64,000 nucleotides of DNA from an uncultured Planctomycetota bacterium. GTDB taxonomy: Bacteria > Planctomycetota > Planctomycetia > Isosphaerales > Isosphaeraceae. The position numbers and the translations under genes are program-made. The stretch covers positions 96,001 to 160,000 of the forward strand of contig CAWGMQ010000008.1 of the NCBI GenBank assembly GCA_963823665.1, written 5' to 3'. The stretch's first letter is position 1, and each line of letters opens with the position of its first letter. The notes below the pieces were generated by a model, which saw only the letters and a program-made list of their open reading frames with translations, had not been told where the DNA came from and did no database searches. Of this stretch, positions 8,816 through 19,359 are shown piece after piece.

Positions 8816-11800
8816 GCTTCGACCGACCAAGCACCTATGAACAGCTCTCGCTCGAGGCGGCGGCGCGGGTCGATGCGGTCTGCGATGGCTTCGAGCAGGC
8901 GTGGAAGGCGACGCGGTACGGGGCCACGGCACCACAGGTCTCGACGTATCTCGACAGTTGCGAAGAGGCTCGAGCGAGCGGTTCTCGCCGGTGAGTTGCA
9001 CGCGCTCGACCGAGCATGGCGCAAGCGCTGCGGCCTTGCGGCGCGGATCGAGTACTTCGAGGAACTCGAAGGGCCAGCCAAGGCGAGCGCGAGCACCGGC
9101 GCACGCCTGGACCGGGGCCACAGCGAGCCAGCCGGGTGCCGGCTGCCGGAACGGCCGGAGGTTCCAGGACTCGAGCTGCTCGAGGTGCTGGGCTGCGGGG
9201 GGATGGGGGTGGTCTTCAAGGCCCGGCAAACGGCGCTGGGCCGCGACGTGGCGGTCAAGTTCTTGCGCGACGCACAGCGGGCTGAGCCGGGGCGACGCGA
9301 GCGCTTTATTCAGGAAGCCCGGGCGATCGCCAGGCTGCGGCACCCGCACCTGGTTCAGCTCTTTGAATTCGGCGAGGTACCCGACGCGAGCGGGGCGACG
9401 TCTCAGCCCTACCTGGTGCTGGAATATGTGTCGGGCGGAAGCCTGTCGAATCTGCTGCACGGCTCGCCACAGCCCCCCGCGGAGGCCGCGCGGCTCGTGG
9501 CCACGCTGGCCGACGCCATCCACTACGCCCACCAGCAGGGGGTGATCCATCGCGACCTGAAGCCGGCGAACGTCCTGTTGCAGCGGGCGGAGGTTAACGG
9601 TGACGGGCAGTCTGAAGGGGTTCGCGGGCGGCGATTTTCTGGCGCGCGTCGGCTCTCCGCCGATCTCTGCGTCAAGGTCACCGATTTCGGCCTGGCCAAG
9701 TTCTTGGCCGGCGGCGATCTGACGCACAGCGGCGACGTGCTTGGCACGCCCAGTTACATGGCCCCCGAGCAGGCGGCGGGCAAGTCGGCGGCCGTCACCG
9801 CGGCGGTGGATGTCTACGGCTTGGGGGCGATCCTCTACGAAGCCCTCACTGGTCGCCCGCCGTTTGCGGCGGCGACGGTTGATGCGACGCTGGGGCTGCT
9901 GCGGCAGGACGAGCCGGTACCACCCCGGCGCCTCGAGCCGACGGTGCCGCGCGACCTGGAAACGATCTGCTTGAAGTGCCTGCGGAAGGAACCAGGCCGC
10001 CGTTATACGAGCGCCCTGGACCTGGCTCTTGATCTCCGCCGCTTCGATGCCGGGCGGCACATCCGGGCCCGCCCGGTGGGAACAGCCGAGCGGGCCATCG
10101 TATGGTGCCGGCGAAGGCCGGGTTTTGCGGCGCTGCTGGGAGCGTTCGTGCTCGTCTTCCTTGCCGGCAGCGCCGGGGTTCTCTGGCAATGGGGGCAAGC
10201 CCGCCGCAATGCCGCCCAGGCGGAGCGGAACGCGGCCGCCTTCCGACGGGAGCGTGACACGGCCAATCAGGAAAAGGCACGAGCCGAGCGCCACCTGCAA
10301 ATGGTCCGCGATCGAATGGACCGGTTGAACCGATTGGGAACCGACCTGTTGCAGCAAGCCGGGTCGTACCGCACCGGGCAGGCCGTGCTGAAGGAAGCCC
10401 TCGCTTGCTACCAGGAGCTGCTTCCCGAGGAGGTCAATGACCCGAGGATGCGCCGAGAGGCCGCGCGGCTTTTCGACCAAGTCGCCTGGATTCATCACAC
10501 ACTCGGTCAAGCGGGCGACGCGGCCGAAGCCTGGGGCCGGCGGGCGAACCTGCTGACCAGATTGCTGGAAGACGAGCCGGACAATAATGCCCTCCGCTTC
10601 GCGTTGTCGCACAGCTACAGGTGGCGGGGCAACGCACTTCGCGACCTGGGCCAGCCGCGCGAAGCACAGGAAGCCTACGACGAGGCGGCCAGGCTTCAGG
10701 AACAGTTGCTGCACCATTACCCCGACGAAGCCCTCTACCAGTTGGCGCTTGCCAACACCCTGCTCAACACGGCCGACCTGCTTTCGTCCGGGGGGCGTGC
10801 CGACGAGGTGGAAACACTTTACCGCCGCATTGTGGAGCTCGATCGCGCCGCGGTCCGCGCTGCACCGGACAACCCGGACTTTAATGGGGAACTGGCTCTC
10901 GCGCTGGGAGAACAGGGGACGTTTTTCCACGGTTTAGGGCGACGGGCCGAGGCCGAGGGCGCCGTCCGCGAAGCCCTGGAGATCTACGAGAAACTGCTCG
11001 CCGGCGGGCGACTGAAGGGCGAGGTCGAACGCTACGCGGCGCGCAACTTCGTGAATCTCGGACGAATTCTCGCCGCGGCCGGCCGCGCGCCCGAGGCGGA
11101 GCAGTTGTACCGGAAAGCCGTGAATCTGCTCGACCAAGCGGCGGAGGAATTGCCGCAGTCGGTGTACCCGCGAATAGACCTCGCGCGGACGTTGCCCCAT
11201 CTGGCGGATTTGCTCAAGGGCCTTGGCCGCCGGCAAGAGGCTGAAGGAATCCGTCGCCGCGTGATCGACATTTACGAAACGATCAAGGCCAACTTTGCGA
11301 ACGACCCGGAACACCGGCGGAACCTGGTCGCGAGCTACCTGCACCTGGCGTGTTTGCTCTGCGAATTCGGCAGGCAGGCTGAAGCGGCGGAGCCTTATCA
11401 CAAAGCTCTCGGACTGGAAGAGGACGACCCCACGGTCAACAATGATCTCGCGTGGTTCCTGGCGACGAGTGCGGAGCCGTGCTTGCGCGACCCCGCCAGA
11501 GCCGTGCGGCTAGCGTTGAAGGCCGTAACCGCCGAGCCGAAGTCTGCCAATTACCGGAATACGCTCGGTGTGGCCTACTACCGCAAGGGCGACGACAAGA
11601 GCGCCATCGGAGCGATTGAGACGGCGATGAACATGCGGGCGGGCGGTGACAGCTTCGACTGGTTCTTCCTGGCCATGGCTTACCGGCGTTTGGGGGACAG
11701 CGACAAAGCGCGGATGTGGTTCGACCGGGCCATGCAGTGGATGGACAGGCACAAGCCACACCATGACGAGCTCTGCCGCTTTCGCGCGGAGGCGGAAGCG

Positions 11801-11833
11801 ATGCTGATGGCTGCCGACGGAGCCGAGCGCTGA
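8812..11833 (+). CDS. Hanks-type Ser/Thr protein kinase with TM segment and TPR repeats (one frameshift near 8965)
   Basis: N-terminus MSFDRP...RVDAVCDGFEQAW starts at an ATGA overlap with the sigma stop; GCGGMGVV, VAVK, HRDLKPAN, DFG, GTPSYMAPE; C-terminal TPR helices. Confidence 0.9.
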
Positions 11834-11834
11834 C

Positions 11835-12122
11835 TCAAAAGTGAGGGCGCCCCGAGGTGCGGTGGCACCTTTGATAATCATGCGGGTCGCCGTGGCCTGT
11901 GAGCAGCCAGTGGGGATTCACGCGCGCGATGTCAATCAGCTTCAATACAACATGGGCCGGCACGGTGACTCCGATTTCGTAATTGCGCCATGTCTCAACG
12001 TGGACGTTCAGGGCGTCGGCCAGAAACTGGGCGCCGTGTTCCCCGTACAGGTCTTGGCGAATTTCTCGGAGGCGTGCGGCCAACGCGGGCTGCGTTTGAC
12101 GATTTGATCCGTCGCTTTTCAT
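11835..12122 (-). CDS. XRE-family HTH protein
   Basis: LAARLREIR...LADALNVHVETWRNYEIG...VNPHWLLTGHG. Confidence 0.8.
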   Translation of the reverse strand: MKSDGSNRQTQPALAARLREIRQDLYGEHGAQFLADALNVHVETWRNYEIGVTVPAHVVLKLIDIARVNPHWLLTGHGDPHDYQRCHRTSGRPHF

Positions 12123-12341
12123 GTTTTGACCTCCGTTCGGTTCATTGTCCTCACCCTGTTAACCGAGCCGGAGGGCCTCGAACCCGACACAGATTTTTTT
12201 GATGCCGGATCGCACTGAGTTGCGAAGTTGGCGGTTCCGCGTCCGAACCACGGTCTCCCGACGGTGGTCACGTCGGGACGCGCGGTGAACGGGATGTCCA
12301 CCAGCGACTTTTCACCCCAAACTTAAATCTCGCCGACGACT

Positions 12342-12791
12342 TCATTCCCATTCATCGGACGGGCCTTGCGCCGTTTCGCCCAGGATTCGTTCATCCAGGC
12401 TCAGGCCAAAGCCGTACGGGTCGTCGATCTCCTGGATGACCGAGCACATCATGCGCAAGGCTTCTTGTTGATCGGAGGCTCGAGTTGCCAGACCTGACAG
12501 CCGCGAATCGATCTGCCTGATGCGGCGGTCGAGCTGATCCATCCACTCGAAAAGGAGGGTGAGTCCGTCGCGCGTGGCGGAGCACCGCGCACGCAGGCGC
12601 TGCGCGACGGACTTTTCATCAAGATGGTTGCCGGCCAGGGCTATCTCGATGCTCGAGGCGAGCTCGGCTTCCTGACGCGCAAACCTTTCAAGCTCGTCGC
12701 GCAATCCACGTGTGCCATCGCGCTCCGCCAATCCGGTCGATTTCTCTGCTGAGCTACTCATTGGACGCGCTCCGCTTATCTTGGCGGGCAT
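12342..12791 (-). CDS. Hypothetical coiled-coil protein
   Basis: Helical protein-like ORF overlapping the end of the deiodinase-like gene; start uncertain. Confidence 0.5.
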   Translation of the reverse strand: MPAKISGARPMSSSAEKSTGLAERDGTRGLRDELERFARQEAELASSIEIALAGNHLDEKSVAQRLRARCSATRDGLTLLFEWMDQLDRRIRQIDSRLSGLATRASDQQEALRMMCSVIQEIDDPYGFGLSLDERILGETAQGPSDEWE

Positions 12792-14044
12792 CGCGAGGAG
12801 TCAACTCGCCTCCTAGCGAGAACCTTGGTTTTCGGCGCCCGGGTTGCACCCTCTTCCTGCAAGAGCAGCACGAGCGAATGCTCCATCTCAGCGGGTTTGA
12901 AGAGATATGGCCCGCGCCCGCTCTTGAACGCGACCTTGCCCTCGCGGTCGATCACGTAGAGACGTCCCGGCATACCGCTGTAGCGAGTTCCGGCCGCGTC
13001 GTCGATCGTGTCGACGAGCATCGGGAAAGCCAGGGACATCACGCGGCCGCATTTCTGGGCGACCGCAACGCGCTCATCGTACGTTTTGGGCTGCGCGGTG
13101 ATCGCGCCGGAACGGTCGTTGCTCTCCATCCGCCAGCCGTCGGTCGGGTGTGCTTCGCGTACGTAGACCATCACGAACGTCGCGCGGTCCTTGTAGCGAT
13201 GGAAGAGCTTTTCGATGTTGCCCGTCTGACCGCGAAACGGCCCGCAGGTGAAACTGCCGAACACGAGCACGATGGGCTTGGTCCCGACCAGCTTGGAGAG
13301 CGTGATCTCGGCCTTGCCGTCGTTCGTCTTCAAAGTGAAGTCCGGAGCCGAGTCGCCGACCTTGGGCCCGGGCTCGAGCGAGCCGATCTCCTGAGTGAAG
13401 AGACCGCGCACGAGCGTGGCCTTCGAAGGACGCCCCGAACTGGCTGAAGACGGCCGCACGGGCGGCGGGGAAAAGGCCTCCTGAAGGTCCGAGAGCGACA
13501 GGAACCCCTGACCGCCGGAATCGACGGTTTTCCAGAATGCGTCGAGCTCGTCGCGCGTGACCTTGCCGTTGCCGTCGGTGTCGGCGCGCATGAAAAGCAT
13601 GGCGCCCGGAGAGCTCGCGAGCGCACTGCCTGAGAAATCGAAGTCGGTGGCCGAAAGCACCCGGTCTCTGTCGCGGTCCAGACGAGCGAAATCGCCGTCA
13701 TCGCCGGGAAACTCGCCACGCTCGACGCGGCCGTTGCCGTCCTTATCATAACGCTTGCGGGTCGCGGCCCAGTCGAATCGGGTCTGAGCCACGGCCGTGC
13801 GAAACCAGCCGAAGCTCGAGCTCATCGGTTCCTCGTTGAGGATCGCCACCAGCATGTCGACCCACTCAGGATGGTCGGGCCAGGACTCGTTGAGTGCCTT
13901 GACGACTTCCGACGTGTCGCCGCCAGGCATTTGAGCCATCTGCGGCGGCCGAGAGCCCGGGTCCTGGGCAGCGACCGGGGTCGCCACGGCAAGGCTCGCG
14001 GCCAGAACCGGCAGTGCTCGTTTCCAGAAATGATGCGTGATCAT
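12776..14044 (-). CDS. Secreted EF-hand plus iodothyronine deiodinase-like (thioredoxin-fold) protein
   Basis: Signal peptide; EF-hand loops DKDGNGRVERGE and DTDGNGKVTRDE; deiodinase-like motifs FGSFTCGPF, YVREAHPTDGW, GRGPY. Confidence 0.8.
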   Translation of the reverse strand: MITHHFWKRALPVLAASLAVATPVAAQDPGSRPPQMAQMPGGDTSEVVKALNESWPDHPEWVDMLVAILNEEPMSSSFGWFRTAVAQTRFDWAATRKRYDKDGNGRVERGEFPGDDGDFARLDRDRDRVLSATDFDFSGSALASSPGAMLFMRADTDGNGKVTRDELDAFWKTVDSGGQGFLSLSDLQEAFSPPPVRPSSASSGRPSKATLVRGLFTQEIGSLEPGPKVGDSAPDFTLKTNDGKAEITLSKLVGTKPIVLVFGSFTCGPFRGQTGNIEKLFHRYKDRATFVMVYVREAHPTDGWRMESNDRSGAITAQPKTYDERVAVAQKCGRVMSLAFPMLVDTIDDAAGTRYSGMPGRLYVIDREGKVAFKSGRGPYLFKPAEMEHSLVLLLQEEGATRAPKTKVLARRRVDSSRCPPR

Positions 14045-14134
14045 CGTGGGAGTCTCCGAGAATAGGGTAGGCAGTCTTATTTTCTGAGCATATCACGGAA
14101 TACGGTCACCTTGGGGCTCGTTCCGACCAGGTAC

Positions 14135-14344
14135 CACAGGGAGCGCCGTCTGCAAGGCATCGCGTGCGGTCGGCTCGTTCACCGCGTGCGCCCGGCTGCC
14201 CTCTCCTCAACCGGGCAGGAGAAGCGTTGCCAGCACCGCGAGGCAGGCGGCGATGACCCAGAGGGTGCCATAGAAGCTCGAATCTCGATCGGGCCTGGTG
14301 AGCCCAGCCGATCTGGCCGGGCTCGTTCTCGTCGTCATGTTCAT
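14135..14344 (-). pseudogene. Degenerate duplicate of the adjacent lipoprotein gene (lipobox Cys codon is TGA; truncated)
   Basis: MNMTTR...VIAACLAVLATLLLPG*GEGSRAHAVNEPTARDALQTAL aligns with VVAACVGMLAL..SGCSGSAPSAVDTSRARVALTTAL; AGGAG RBS upstream; TGA at 14207-14209. Confidence 0.6.
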
Positions 14345-14513
14345 GTTAGATCTCCTGATGCCTTAGGAACGGGCCGGAACCAAATTCCGTCGATTTACGT
14401 GAAGTGCGCCGCGGAGCGGCACAAAGACCGTTCCGACGCAGAGCGTCGGAACGAGGGCTTTCCGTCGTGGTAGGATTGAGACCGAAATCGGGAAGTTATT
14501 TCCGGCCTGTTCC

Positions 14514-14968
14514 TTAGCGCACCATGATGTCTCGGAATACGGTCAGCGATGGGCTGGTTCCGACGACGTACGAGAACCTTTTTCTCAACGGGTTTGCCGT
14601 TTCCCTCCGGGCCGAGCTTGATCTTGACCTTGACGCGAAGGTTGGGACCGTCCGATTTTTCGTCGAGGATTTCATAATCCAAGAGCTTCGCGCCGGCGGT
14701 CCACTCGTGGTCTTGAGCGACCATAGGCGTCCCCGACGATTCCAGCGATTTGGAGTCTCCGCCGCTCTTCCAGTGGTCGAGCGCGGTCGTGAGCGCCACG
14801 CGGGCGCGTGACGTGTCTACCGCGCTCGGCGCGGACCCCGAGCAGCCCGAGTGCAGCAAGAAGCGCAAGCATGCCCACGCAGGCGGCGACGACCGGCAGG
14901 CTGGCGGCGAGATTGCTCCCGCGAGCCCCCGGCCAGCTCACGGGACGTGAGTTTACCATCTTGATCAT
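14514..14968 (-). CDS. Small lipoprotein downstream of a DUF1559 gene (two apparent frameshifts)
   Basis: Lipobox-like SGC; ARVALTTALDHWKSG...DHEWTAGAKLLDYEI; the C-terminus YVVGTSPSLTVFR is in another frame. Confidence 0.65.
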
Positions 14969-14994
14969 GACATACCCCTTCCCAGCTCGGGATT

Positions 14995-15957
14995 TCAGTA
15001 AGCATCCGAGCTGATGACCTCGCCGCCGTTTCGGGTTCCCAGGGCACGCCAGATCTGCAGGTTGATCGAATCCTTGATGAACTTGACCGAGCCGTCGCCC
15101 AGAAGCAGGTTAACCCCGCCGGGATGCCTGCTGCTCGGCGGCATCACTGCCCGGTTCACGATGAAGAACCCGCACGAGCGTGTGTTGGGCGTCGTCACGT
15201 GCAACGTGATATGCTGGCCGTCGATCCATGGAACGCCCATGATCATCGGAATCTGATTGGCCGGGTTGTAGATATTCAAAGCCTGGCACTGCGCCATCGC
15301 GTCATCTGGGGTCAGCGGCGCGCCTGGGTCGAAGAAGACGTCGGCAATTGGACTGATGATTCCAGTCGTCGCGTCGCCTACGATCCGCTCGCTGAAGAAT
15401 CCTGTGTTGCTTAGCCCGTCAGTGATCTCGGAGAACTTTGTGGCGCTGTTGCCGTAGAACACTCCGTTCGGCGCGGGCAAGGTCGTGTTCGGCGGCAACG
15501 TGTTCTGCCAGACGATCCCGCTGCCCATGTCGGCCATGTAGTTCGTCTGTGCCCCGTATTGAGGGACGGGGTTATAGGTGTCCGACGGGCATATCAGACC
15601 GCTGATAGTCGTCAGCGTCGCGGTACCGTTAGCCGGATCCGTGTCGTACAGTGAAAAATTGACGGCACTATAAAGCGGCCCCTGCTCCATGTACGGCAGG
15701 ATCTGGCTCGTAGCCGAAAAGTTGCTGCCGTTGATCAGGCCCAGGAACTGCATCTCCGCGGCCGGGAGGGCGTTGTTCGCCGAAGCGTAATTCTGGAGCG
15801 CCAAGCCGAGTTGTTTTTCGTTGTTGACGCACTGGATCCGACGCGCGGCCTCGCGAGCGGATTGCACGGCGGGCAGGAGCAGGGCGATCAAGACGGCGAT
15901 GATCGCGATGACGACCAGAAGCTCGATCAGGGTAAAACCGGAACGACGCGAATTCAT
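14995..15957 (-). CDS. DUF1559 (SBP_bac_10) prepilin-type N-terminal cleavage/methylation protein with H-X9-DG motif
   Basis: [56 protein letters not shown]. Confidence 0.95.
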   Translation of the reverse strand: MNSRRSGFTLIELLVVIAIIAVLIALLLPAVQSAREAARRIQCVNNEKQLGLALQNYASANNALPAAEMQFLGLINGSNFSATSQILPYMEQGPLYSAVNFSLYDTDPANGTATLTTISGLICPSDTYNPVPQYGAQTNYMADMGSGIVWQNTLPPNTTLPAPNGVFYGNSATKFSEITDGLSNTGFFSERIVGDATTGIISPIADVFFDPGAPLTPDDAMAQCQALNIYNPANQIPMIMGVPWIDGQHITLHVTTPNTRSCGFFIVNRAVMPPSSRHPGGVNLLLGDGSVKFIKDSINLQIWRALGTRNGGEVISSDAY

Positions 15958-16323
15958 CGGGGAATCTCCTCGGGAATGAGTGATGAAATCAGAATGAATA
16001 TGTGCGCTCTAATGTGAGAATGGAATGATTGAATGAATACGACGGCATCGCCGGCCAGCTCTTTCACATGGAAAAGCGGCCGCTGCAAGGCGATTCGTCG
16101 ATGTGAGGTTGATTCTTGGTTGATCGAACCGGGCGCATGGCCCCGGTGCGGTTTCGCCCTCGCCGCATTATCACGGCAAGGAAGCCAAGCACCTTGAGCT
16201 CGTTGCTCCAGAATGGCGGGCCAAGCCGCGGCTCATGCTACTCAGGGCGCAGAGGCGCCCCTCGAATGGAGAACCCGCGATGGCTTCACCGACCAACGGC
16301 CCGGTCCGAAGAGATGCGAAGGG

Positions 16324-16776
16324 TCAGACGCGGGGCGGGTGGAAGATCGCGGACTTTTCGCCGGCACGGGCCAGAGTGGGCTCGTCAACGGCTCGGTCGT
16401 GGAACAAGGTGTGGTCGACGACGATCACGACACCCAGCGTACCCCACCGGTCGCGGTTCTCAGGGCTGCCAGTGACGGTCGAAATTGGCAGGGGAAGGGG
16501 GTTGTTCGAACAACTCGGCCCGGAGCAGGGGGTGCGAGCGGGAGAGCCCGGCGGACCCTGCGGCGATTGCGCGTTGGCGCCGCTCAGAGCTGATGACGCC
16601 CCGTGCAAGACCAGGTCATCGAGCCCATGCAGCCTGGCGCGCCGATCCGATTGCGAGCTGACTGTATGGTTGCAGCCGGCCCAGGCAGCCTGAGGCGCAG
16701 CGAAGAGACCGACCGCCAGCAGCACGGCGGCGGAAGCCCCCCACCTCGACAATCGCCTGGATTCTGAGACCTTCAT
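16324..16776 (-). CDS. Small secreted Cys/His protein ending in FHPPR (paralog 1)
   Basis: Signal peptide ending AWA-GCNH; PCSGPSCS; C-terminus SAIFHPPRV. Confidence 0.7.
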   Translation of the reverse strand: MKVSESRRLSRWGASAAVLLAVGLFAAPQAAWAGCNHTVSSQSDRRARLHGLDDLVLHGASSALSGANAQSPQGPPGSPARTPCSGPSCSNNPLPLPISTVTGSPENRDRWGTLGVVIVVDHTLFHDRAVDEPTLARAGEKSAIFHPPRV

Positions 16777-16931
16777 CCGACCGCCATCGCGTGGAAGCTC
16801 GAATTCTTGCTGGAAACTCGCGCGAGACAATCACCAGCGAAATGAATTCGGCGAATCGAATCGCTGAAATCCGACAACACACAATACACCATCGTCGATT
16901 CCTACCGCAAGAAGCTCGTCAAAATCGGACT

Positions 16932-17960
16932 CTATCTGAGCGGCCGGTACGACGATCCGAATTCGGTGACTTCAATGCGCTGGTCGGCGGCGATGTCGTG
17001 CAGCAACTGGGTCGTCCCGCTCGTCGGCCAGTGAATCTCCAACCGGGCGACCCTTGCCGACTTCGCCAGGCCGATCGTCTGCTCGAGCGGGTTCCCTCCG
17101 AAGCTGCTGCCCGAAGAGACGTGGCGGTGGATCTCGAGCGGCTTCTCGCCGGCGGTGACCACCTTGATTCGCGCACCGATCGGGTCTCACGTCGTGACAG
17201 CGAGGTCGAGAAGACCGTCGTTGTCGAAGTCGTCCATGATCGCGCCGCCGGCCTGGTTGAAGCGGTTAACGCCCGCAAGATGACCGACGTCGCGGAACTT
17301 GCCGATATCGAACTCCGAGCTGGAGAATCGGCCCAGGTCCAGCACGAACCTGGGATCGACGCGGTCCGGATACTCTCCGAGGGTCATGTGGGCCAGGTTC
17401 AAGAGCCAGCGAATCTCCAGATCGCTCGGGAAGTGCTCGAGGTACTCGGTGAAGTGCCGGATCGCCAGCCGGGAGCCTCTGGGATGCGAATGCACGGCAG
17501 CGGGCGAGATCGGAAGGATGCACGAGCTTTCACCCCGGCACATGATGCAGTTTTCATTCTCTCCCAGGCGCAGCGCGGAAACGCCCTGGACGTAGATCAC
17601 CGTGGCGAGCGAATTGGCGGCGAGACCTTGCTTGCGCTCGACCCAAGCCCGCACGTCTCGAATGAGCTGGTAGGACTTTTCGGTCTGGCCCTCGGAGTTC
17701 AACAAACACGCTTTGGTGAGCGAAGCCGCCAAACGGGTTCCGTCAGTCATCGCGGGATCGGCGAGCGCCCGATCGATATCGTCGATTGCGCGGTAGGCAG
17801 CGCCCTGCCAGTGGTTCCTGAGCTCCTCAAGTGACGACTCTGGCTTCCATCTGGGAAGCATCGACATGAGCGCCAGGAACCCGCTGACATCGCCGATCGG
17901 CAGGCGTGGTTTATATCCTGGCCGCAAGCCGGGCGAAGGGTTGGAAGCCTTGTACGATCC
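16932..17960 (-). pseudogene. CRTAC1/ASPIC-UnbV family gene with a large internal deletion
   Basis: N-part (LRLGENENC...DDFDNDGLLDLAVTT) abuts the ASPIC C-domain (IGARIKV...SSGSSFGGNPLEQTIGL...LEIHWP) at about 17187; most FG-GAP repeats are missing; start uncertain. Confidence 0.75.
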
Positions 17961-17967
17961 GGGAATC

Positions 17968-18336
17968 TCATCGATTGGCGAGAGTCCCGGGCGGGGAGGA
18001 TGGCGCGGCCGGAGCTCCGCTGCACCAGACGCCGGTGCAGCGGCGTGGACGTGGCAGACTCGAGCGCGGATCGAACCCGACTTGATCACTCGCAGGAGCA
18101 AGAGCCTGAATCAGCGACGGAAGCCTGGCTCGGTCAGACTGAGACTTGACGTCATGAGAACAGCCGGCGGCGGCATTCGGGGGCGCAAAGGCCACCACCA
18201 GCAGCGCCGTGGCGGCGGCCTTCGTCAGGATAGCCAATGGTGTCTCGCCCTCGCTTGGGGCAGCAGTCGCTGCGACAGCGGGTAGGAACAAGCACAGAAT
18301 CGCCATGCAGAGAGTCAGGCTCAGGCTTCCAGACAT
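17968..18336 (-). CDS. Small secreted Cys/His protein (paralog 2, possibly truncated)
   Basis: AAA-GCSHDVKSQSDRARL...CTGVWCSG; resembles paralog 1 (GCNHTVSSQSDRRARL). Confidence 0.6.
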   Translation of the reverse strand: MSGSLSLTLCMAILCLFLPAVAATAAPSEGETPLAILTKAAATALLVVAFAPPNAAAGCSHDVKSQSDRARLPSLIQALAPASDQVGFDPRSSLPRPRRCTGVWCSGAPAAPSSPPGTLANR

Positions 18337-18672
18337 CGCAACCTCCTCAAATCGTTCGTTTCAGTGGTCTCAGGTGACGTTGTGATCTCGGACCTGCACT
18401 TAGCGATGCGCGCCCAGGCCGCCCGCGCCATCGCGCGGGGACCGGCGCTGGTCGGGCGTGCACGCCTGTTTCGCGCACGCTCAGCCGCGGCTGGCAGAGC
18501 CATCGACGAAAACCATCTCCGTATGCGCGGGTTCACGTGAAGCCAGGCGATCCGAAGCGCACGGCACTGGCCGGACGGCGCGCGGTATGACAACGGACGA
18601 TGGCATGGGCGATCGAGCTCGCCGATCAGGAGAGTGTGACGGGCGGTGCACCGCGAGGTGGCGCTCGGGCGG

Positions 18673-19059
18673 CTAGCTGGCGTGCCGGGGACGAACCGCG
18701 ATGACAGAGGGATTCGACGCGATTGAGTCAGGCCCCGTCGGCCGAAGCACGCCGAACGTGCCGCACCAGAACTCGTTCGTGACCGACACCGTCCGCGCAG
18801 GCGCATGAGGCAGTTCGCGCTTCCCGGAGCAGGTTGGCCCCGAGCACGGCCGGTCACGCCGGGGTGTGGCCGAATCGGTCTCTGCCGAAAGCGCCCCCGC
18901 TTGGCTCAGTGCTTCGAGCCCCGAAAGCGAGCTGACTGAAGAGCGACCGGCCGACGAAGTGACGCCGTGACCGCACCCCGCGCGGACCGATGAAGGCGCA
19001 ACCGCGAGCAGTTCGCTGGGTCGCGGGAGGAACAACGCAATTTTACAAGAAAGCTCCAC
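18673..19059 (-). CDS. Small secreted Cys/His protein (paralog 3, ends probably disrupted)
   Basis: VRA-GCGHGV...PCSGPTCS...W; a PPR-encoding sequence lies just past the stop in another frame. Confidence 0.55.
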   Translation of the reverse strand: MELSCKIALFLPRPSELLAVAPSSVRAGCGHGVTSSAGRSSVSSLSGLEALSQAGALSAETDSATPRRDRPCSGPTCSGKRELPHAPARTVSVTNEFWCGTFGVLRPTGPDSIASNPSVIAVRPRHAS

Positions 19060-19359
19060 GAGCCGGCGAGAAAGGCTTCATAAAAACAACAGTCACAACA
19101 GAGTTCGATTGCAAGTAACTCTTGAGCGTGTGGCCACAATCGCGAGTGAAGCCGCGCACGGCGCGACAACACGAAGATCTCGACTGAAGGGTCTCGAGTC
19201 GACGTGGTCGTTGTATTCGAGATCGACCACGTACCCGGCCATTGCACGCATGACTGAACGCGCGTCATAATATCGACTGAGCAACGATTTCGCGTGGGTT
19301 TATCGGTCGGATTCTTGTAACCTTGAGTCGGCGCCTCATAACCTATATACAGTGCGCTC

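Noticed and set aside
8492..10930. Long antisense ORFs (812 aa here; also 47763-49022, 49337-50806, 56025-57668)
   Set aside because: Shadow ORFs opposite well-supported genes, expected in high-GC DNA
17990..18010. RHPPR in an alternative frame at the end of mini-protein paralog 2
   Set aside because: It overlaps a plausible in-frame PAAPSSPP segment and comes too early relative to paralog 1; may be chance
16224..18492. Palindrome AGCCGCGGCT downstream of two mini-protein genes (16224-16233 and 18483-18492)
   Set aside because: A 10-bp GC-rich match at different spacings; too weak to call a regulatory site
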